Source: Scyliorhinus canicula (lineage: Eukaryota). From it: a DNA stretch of 64,000 nt. The stretch spans positions 1,240,001-1,304,000 of the forward strand of contig NC_052168.1 in NCBI RefSeq assembly GCF_902713615.1, in the 5' to 3' direction. Every line of letters begins with the position of its first letter. The stretch's first letter is position 1. Under the pieces are notes generated by a model that was given only the letters and a program-made list of their open reading frames with translations, had not been told where the DNA came from and did not search any database. Both the position numbers and the translations under genes were made by a program. This document shows, one piece after another, positions 57,153 through 64,000 of this stretch.

Positions 57153-60100
57153 CTGTGCAGCAGGAGGTACTCTGTGATCATGATCGGTTTTAAGGGCTCA
57201 GGCAGGGGGAAAAGCCAGCCAAGGATTCTCTTCCTGACCACTGCCGAAGCACTCCCCGAAACCAGGACTGTGGAGCTTCAACATCTTCAGGAAAGAGAGT
57301 GACTAGAATTTGGGAACTGAGCCTTGGCAATGGCAGCCAGTTTATTTACCCTGACCCATTTCATCCCACAGCAAATGCTGCAGGACTTGGTGATTCTGTT
57401 CAAACAAAAAGCGTCTTCAAACATAATGAGATTGTTATCAGCCACCCTGATACTCCCCCAAAAACATTCCGCTACTGCATCCTCACAAGGGCCGTAGGGC
57501 CTGTTCTGTGCTGTACAGTTCTATATGGCCACCAAAAACCTTTTAGTTTGGGGATTCGATACTGAATGTTTCTACTACGCAAATTCACAAAACATTTTCA
57601 AATTCCTCCTTAACAAACGACTCCATGACTTTCTCTCACCTCTACTGGGGGCGGTTTAGCTCAGCTAGACAGCTGGTTCTTGAGGTCAGCAGCGTGGGTT
57701 CAATTTCCATACCGGCTTGAGGTTATTCATGAAGGCCTGCCTTTTCCATTCTCAACATTGCCCCTCGCCTGAGATTTTCATGCTTCTCCTTTCCTGCAAT
57801 CCCAAGCCCACATTCTCTCTTCACCCGATAGATCCTCAGGTAAAAGCTGCAGCCGCACAAAGCAGGAAGGTTGATGGTCTGATTCTATACTTGCACTAGG
57901 CTGGGAGGGGCCGTGTGTTATGGTTCACGAGGCTGGGAGGGGCCGTGTGTTATGGTTCATGAGGCTGGGAGGGGCCATGTTATGGTTCACGAGGCTGGGA
58001 GGGGCCGTGTGTTATGGTTCATGAGGCTGGGAGGGGCCATGTTATGGTTCACGAGGCTGGGAGGGGCCATGTTATGGTTCACGAGGCTGGGAGGGGTCGT
58101 GTTATCGTTCACGAGGCTGGGAGGGGCCGTGTGTTAAGGTTCACGAGGCTGGGAGGGGCCGTGTTATGGTTCACGAGGCTGGGAGGGGCCGTGTGTTATG
58201 GTTCACGAGGCTGGGAGGGGCCGTGTGTTATGTTCACGAGGCTGGGAGGGGCCGTGTGTTATGGTTCACGAGGCTGGGAGGGGCCGTGTGTTATGGTTCA
58301 TGAGGCTGGGAGGGGCCGTGTTATCGTTCACGAGGCTGGGAGGGGCCGTGTTATCGTTCACGAGGCTGGGAGGGGCCGTGTGTTATGGTTCACGAGGCTG
58401 GGAGGGGTCGTGTTATCGTTCACGAGGCTGGGAGGGGCCGTGTGTTATGTTCGCCTCAGTATCTATGTGACCCAGTGAGTTTTTGCCTGTAAACGCTGTG
58501 CCTCAGCGAGAATCAGCACCTGAAACCTGTGTATACCTGTGAGAATTACTGCCCACGATACCTATTGTATCCCAGTCAGTGGGTGGCGGCACGGAAGCAC
58601 AGTGAGCATTGCTGCCTCACAGCTCCAGAGGCCCAATTCTGGCCTCAGGTGAATGTCTGTGCGGAGTTTTCACTTTCTCCCTGTGTCAGATTGTGTTTCC
58701 TCCGGGTGCTCCGGTTTCCTCCCACACTCCAAAGATGTGCAGGTTCGGTGGGTTGGCTATGCTAAAATTGACTTTTGGTGTCCAAAGGTTAGGTGGGGTT
58801 ACGGGGATAGGGTGGAGGCGAGGGCTTAAGTAGAGTGCTCTTTCCAAGGGCCAGTGCAGACTCAATGGCCCGAATGGCTCCTTCTAACTGAAAATTCTAT
58901 GATCAATGACCTTCAGGAACCATCCATCACTGGTATCAGTGAGAGTGAGCACCTTCAGGAACTGTCCCCCAGTGAGAGTCAGCACCTTCAGGAACTGTGT
59001 CCCAGTGAGAGTCAGCACCTTCAGGAACTGTCCCCCAGTGAGAGTCAGCACCTTCAGGAACTGTGTCCCAGTGAGAGTCAGCACCTTCAGGAACTGTCCC
59101 CCAGTGAGAGTCAGCACCTTCAGGAACTGTGTCCCAGTGAGAGTCAGCACCTTCAGGAACTGTCCCCCAGTGAGAGTCAGCACCTTCAGGAACTGTCCCC
59201 CAGTGAGAGTCAGCACCTTCAGGAACTGTGTCCCAGTGAGAGTCAGCACCTTCAGGAACTGTCCCCCAGTGAGAGTCAGCACCTTCAGGAACTGTCCCCC
59301 AGTGAGAGTCAGCACCTTCAGGAACTGTGTCCCAGTGAGAGTCAGCACCTTCAGGAACTGTGTCCCAGTGAGAGTCAGCACCTTCAGGAACTGTCCCCCA
59401 GTGAGAGTCAATACCTTCAGGAACTGTGTCCCAGTGAGAGTCAGCACCTTCAGGAACTGTATCCCAGTGAGAGTCAGCACCTTCAGGAACTGTGTCCCAG
59501 TGAGAATCAGCACCTTCAGGAACTGTCCCCCAGTGAGAGTCAGCGCCTTCACGCGAGGATGGAGAAAAGTGCAAATAAATGACCAGCGAAGCATAAAAGG
59601 GGGCATCTATTCTTGTTTAAAATTTCATTGATGGGATGTGGGCGTCGTTAGTTAGGCCAGCATTTATTGCCCATCCTTAGTTGCCCTTCAGAAGGTGGTG
59701 GTGAGCTGCAGTGCGTTCTTGCAGTGAGCTGAACCATTGCAGTCCTTGAGGCGTAGGTACACCCACAGTGCTGTTAGGGAGGGAGTTCCAGGATGTTACC
59801 CCGGCGACAGTGAAGGAACGGCCGATATATTTCCAAGTCAGGGTGGTGAGTGACTTGGAGGGGATCCTCCAGGTGGTGGGGTTCCCAGATATCTGCTGCT
59901 CTTGTCCTTCTAGGTAGTAGTGGTCATGGGTTGGGAAGGTGGACCCCAGTGAAACTCCATCACTTATCCAAGATTAAGCACATGGGAAACATATTAACCC
60001 ACAAGGGGACAGCGAGAATAATTTGAAAAAGGGGAAATCATGACGAACCCACCTGTGTGGACAAACATGTGCTTGGCATAGTTCTGTCTGGAGCTGAAGG

Positions 60101-61616
60101 TCTTCCCGCATTGCGTGCATCCGTAGGGCTTTTTCTCCGTTTCACTGGCACTCTGGCTGGCCTGTGAAGCAGCTGGCACAGTCTGGGTCCCATCCAGGAA
60201 TACGGGGGCATTCTGGCAAGGTGGCTGGGTTGAAATGCTGGGCAGGCATGTCTGGGAGGTGGAGGGCAAAGTTGCAAGATGAGGGGACTGAGGAAGATTC
60301 ATCTGGAAGAGGTTTCGGTGACTGGTGGTGCCACCTGTGTCTGCCTGATCATACTGCACAGAGCACGCCTGGTTCCTCGGGGTGGTCTGCATGGTAGATC
60401 CTGGTAGAAAGTCTTGCATGAATGTCGAAGGCCGTGGGTATGAGGCATCGAGTTGGGACTTGCAGTCTGCTTTACGGTTTTGTTGCAAGGAGGGCTCCTT
60501 CTCCTCTCTTTCTCCCTGCCAAAAGGACTTCAGCTCCTCAGGTAAGAGATCACTAGCACTAAAAAATTCTAACTCGTCCCCTTTACCACTCAAATTCAAA
60601 TGACTGGCAGAGTCCCTTGGTTCCCCTATTGTATTCTGGTCGGGGTCAAATGCATTTGCCTCAGAAATATCCTCAGTCTGTTCACCTTGACTGATCTGCT
60701 CGGTTGACTGATCAGAGATAGTGGCTCCGGAAATGCTCTCCCCACAGTAAAGGAGGTCATCATCTTCTTCCTTGATGGTCACTTGACTTCCGTCTGCCAT
60801 CTGCAGACGGATTGGCTGGCGTTGTTTGCGGCTATGGCTACCTTGCGGCAACAATGACATGTCGGGCCGCTGATTGGCTGCAGTGTTGTACCACAGAGCG
60901 CGTACCTCACTGTTACGGCTGGTGTCCATCAGAGACAGGTTCTCCTGGTCAGGTAGAGCCTGCTCTGCCGCTCCCTTCTGTCGGGTAGATGGTAACTGCC
61001 TGTTCAGACTGGGGCTGATTTCTTCCGATTTGTAGCCTGCTTCACTTGTTACCATGTTCTTTGCACCGGCGCGCACAAAATCAAACTCTTTTTCAGTCCC
61101 ATGGGGTGACAACGCTGTTTCAATCAGTCCCATGGGAAACTTGTGCATCTGGTCACTGACTGTTTGGCAAATAATGGCTTCCTTTTCATCAGAAAGGTCC
61201 ATTTTGTGGCTGACGAACGATTGGAATCCCGGAGTCTTTTGAGGGGCATTTTGTGAAATAATACGTGTGCATTCATCGATGATGGTTTTGATCTGGAGGA
61301 CACTAGCTGCCGTGAGGATTTGCAGAGCCTCCACGTGAGAAACCATCAGCGAGCCACTGTACATAAAATCCACCAACCGGCGCAGAGTCTGGGCTGAGAC
61401 GAGGGGCGGGACCTCAATTTCGCTGTAACCCAACAACAGCTTATCATGGAAAAAGGGGCTAGCGGCAGCCAGGACACAGCGGTGGGCTCGGAGAGCTGTG
61501 TTGTGGATCCGCACTGTCACATCGCAGAAGTGGCCACCCAAGCGCTGGGAGTTTAGTGTCTCCAGCAGCGACCTGCTAAAGTTCTGGAGGTTGATGCTGT
61601 GAAGTTGCTCAGACAT
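56671..61616 (-). CDS. ZBTB45: Zinc finger and BTB domain-containing protein 45 (ZBTB20 paralogue), 606 aa; complement(join(56671..56927,60053..61616))
   Basis: BTB domain [28 protein letters not shown]. Four C2H2 fingers, with the protein ending just after finger 4 (ZBTB20 has a fifth). FSSR and SLRDY residues are ZBTB45-type. A phase-1 intron falls in the HTG|EKP linker; 1564+257 = 1821 nt. Confidence 0.88.
57898..58450. repeat. 30/32-bp minisatellite (gaggctgggaggggccgtgtgttatggttcac)n
   Basis: Lies in the last ZBTB45 intron. Confidence 0.95.
58583..58903 (+). mobile_element. HE1/V-SINE-type SINE (diverged)
   Basis: Core and CR1-type tail present. Confidence 0.8.
58937..59550 (-). repeat. 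33-bp minisatellite, reverse complement of the 51610-52958 array, about 18 copies
   Basis: Unit cagtgagagtcagcaccttcaggaactgtgtcc. Confidence 0.97.
59620..59945 (+). repeat. Old interspersed repeat (other copies near 10345-10575, 12855-12960, 18590-18660)
   Basis: Shared gggatgtgg...catttattgcc...ggtggtg and tatttccaagtcaggg blocks. Confidence 0.6.
60053..61616 (-). CDS. ZBTB45: ZBTB45 large coding exon (BTB, linker, finger 1); acceptor at 61644
   Basis: tgttttgcag|...ATG TCT GAG...CAC ACA G|gtgggt. Confidence 0.92.
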
Positions 61617-62964
61617 TCTGCTCCCACACACTGCACGCCAAAGCCTGCAAAACAGGGGATCAGTCAAGTTCAAAACCCAGCATAACTGTACTCGGAGGGG
61701 AGGCGGGCGGGGGGGGGGGGGGATTAGCAGCTACAACACCAGACATCTTACTGTGCCCACCCCAGTCCAACGCCAGCATCTCCACATCATGCTGCTCTAT
61801 TAGTAAACACACACAGAATGGAGGTGCTGTTAAAGGTGGTAAAGATCTGGATTTCACTTTTTGGAAGGGTAGTAATGATAGAAATTCTTACAAATTTTTT
61901 TTAAAGTAATTGGGATTGCTTTCGAAGTTCTGTAACCTACAGAGCGACAGACCCTGACCTAGCAAGTGGAGCTGTCAGTCTCCAGCAGCAATGCTGTGTT
62001 CCACCCACCCTGCCTGTACTGCTCCTCCACCTTTGGGGGAATGGGTCTATAAATATGGACTGTGTGGTCAATTTGAGGAAATTGTGATTGCTGTGGATTG
62101 ACAGTTTCCTGTTGATAACTGCTGCCCCCAAAATATCCCCCACCCTCTCCCCTCAGCCCCCTGGCTAAGGAGAGCCGCTATTCCGAAGTCAGACCCCAAT
62201 TGGAAATGACTTTATGTTTGTTGGTGTTTTATATGCAAAGTCTTTCACAACCACCGAACATCCTGATTTGTGTTACATCCAATGAGGTACCTTTTGAAAC
62301 ATAGTCCCTGTTGTATTGTAGAAAACCCAGCAGCCAATTTGTGTACAGCAAAATCCCATAAACAGCTGTGGGATAATGACCAGATAGTTGGGTTGCGATT
62401 GAGGGTCAAACATTTGGCTGGGACAGCAGTGGCGTACCTCAGACAGAGCGGTGTTCCCTCACTACTGGCCCACGGACAGTGGGGCGCTACCTCACTACAG
62501 ACCTTCGGACAGTGTGGCACACCCTCACTACTGGCCCACGGACAGTGGGGCGCTATCTCACTACAGACCTTCGGACAGTGTGGCGCTCCCTGACTACAGG
62601 CTCTTGGACAGTGCGACACGCCCTCAATCCTGCCCATCCAACAGGTAGTGTTATTCTCAATACTGGCCCAGGGTGTGACAGCCTTGATTTTTGTTTTTGG
62701 CCTCATCACAGAAATGGAAGTCTACCCTGGGCTGCATTATTATTCAACACACTGACTGAATTGCATAAATGGTTATAAACTCATTGACAGTTCTCTCTCA
62801 CTTCCATGTCAGACAGACACTTTGGGAGAACTGACATTTAAAAAAACACAACCCAAGGGAAACAGACCGTCAGCCTCGGAGTCTAGTTAGCGGGGGTGGG
62901 TGGGGGGAGGTGGATTGACCTTCACAGATGGCTGTTTGAGAATTTGCAGGTGAAGAACAGGCAC

Positions 62965-63098
62965 CGGGGTTCACCGTCAGCACTGGCACCTTGGGCAGGG
63001 GACCCACCGTCAGCACTGGCACCTTGGGCAGGGGACCCACCGTCAGCACTGGCACCTTGGGCAGGGGACCCACCGTCAGCACTGGCACCTTGGGGAGG
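62965..63098. repeat. 33-bp repeat, about 4 copies (ggggacccaccgtcagcactggcaccttgggca)
   Basis: Read directly from the sequence. Confidence 0.9.
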
Positions 63099-63264
63099 GG
63101 ACTCTGGGTTTCTCCTGTTCTCCATCCTCCATCCAGCGGCACTGGATTAAGGGCTGAGCGTGTGCTCTGAACCTCTCTCACCCCCCCCCCCCCCCCGCTC
63201 CCAGTGGGGGGGGGGGGGGGGGGTTGCCCCAGGCCTCTGGAGAAGGGGGCACCCCTGCTCTGGG

Positions 63265-64000
63265 TAGGGTCCCCCAGCCCTGGGGAAGGAGGGGGGGGAG
63301 GAGGGTACCCCAGCCCTGGGGAAGGGGTACCCCAGCCCTGGGGAGGGTACTTCAGCCCTGGGGAGGAGGGTATTCCAGCCCAGGGGATGGGGGGGGGAGG
63401 GTACCCCAGCCCTGGGGAGGGTACCCCACCCCTGGGAGAGGGGGGGGAGGGGACCCCAGCACTGAGATGGGGGGGGGGGGGAGGGTACCCCACCCCTGGG
63501 GGAGGGGGGGGAGGGTACCCCAGCACTGAGATGGGGGGAGGGTACCCCAGCCCTGGGGAGGGGGGGGGGGGGAGGGAAGGGTACCCCAGCACTGAGATGG
63601 GGGGAGGGTACCCCAGCACTAAGATGGGGGGGGGGGTACCCCAGCACTGAGGTGGGGGGGGTACCCCAGCACTGAGATGGGGGGGGTACCCCAGCACTGA
63701 GATGGGGGGGGGGGTACCCGAGCACTGAGATGGGGGGAGGGTACCCCAGCACTGAGATGGGGGGAGGGTACCCCAGCACTGAGATGGGGGGAGGGTACCC
63801 CAGCACTGAGATGGGGGGGAGGGTACCCCAGCACTGAGATTGGGGGGAGGGGGGGTACCCCAGCACTGAGATGGGGGGGGGGGGAGGGAAGGGTACCTCA
63901 GCACTGAGATGGGGGGAGGATACCCCAGCCCTGGGGAGGGGGGGGAGGGAAGGGTACCCCAGCACTGAGATGGGGGGAGGGTACCCCAGCCCTGGGGAGG
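63265..64000. repeat. G-rich minisatellite built on gggtaccccagcactgagatggggg
   Basis: Read directly; runs off the window end. Confidence 0.93.

Noticed and set aside
57648-57720. tRNA-like sequence (also all gggcagcacggt heads)
   Set aside because: A/B boxes are present but there is no complete cloverleaf; these are SINE heads.
51539-59631. 11-aa repeat proteins ([11 protein letters not shown] / [10 protein letters not shown])
   Set aside because: These 33-bp arrays are open in most frames on both strands, which indicates repeat DNA rather than genes.

Overview
This is vertebrate genomic DNA, most likely from a shark (cartilaginous fish), judged from its HE1/V-SINE-type SINEs, CR1 and Rex1/Babar LINEs and Penelope termini. 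Four spliced protein-coding genes could be reconstructed by hand. These are the last four coding exons of a PLEKHA4/5/6/7-family gene (+, probably PLEKHA4), a complete 7-exon DHDH (+, 334 aa), a complete 5-exon RPS11 (-, 158 aa, with a 5'TOP start and an intronic U35/SNORD35 box C/D snoRNA), and the two coding exons of ZBTB45 (-, 606 aa, BTB plus 4 C2H2 fingers). All four human counterparts are on 19q13. Roughly a third of the window is tandem repeat, and these arrays explain nearly all long ORFs in the supplied track. There is one assembly gap of 508 N. I found no clearly new multi-gene system. The best leads are: a GC-AG donor competing with an in-frame GT donor in DHDH; Penelope-derived minimal hammerhead ribozyme motifs; inverted 33-bp arrays bracketing the last ZBTB45 exon; a TTAGGG-containing satellite; a solo LTR with promoter motifs just upstream of DHDH; one SINE head carrying three different tails; and two unexplained hairpins. 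All homology calls are from memory of the families, not from database searches.
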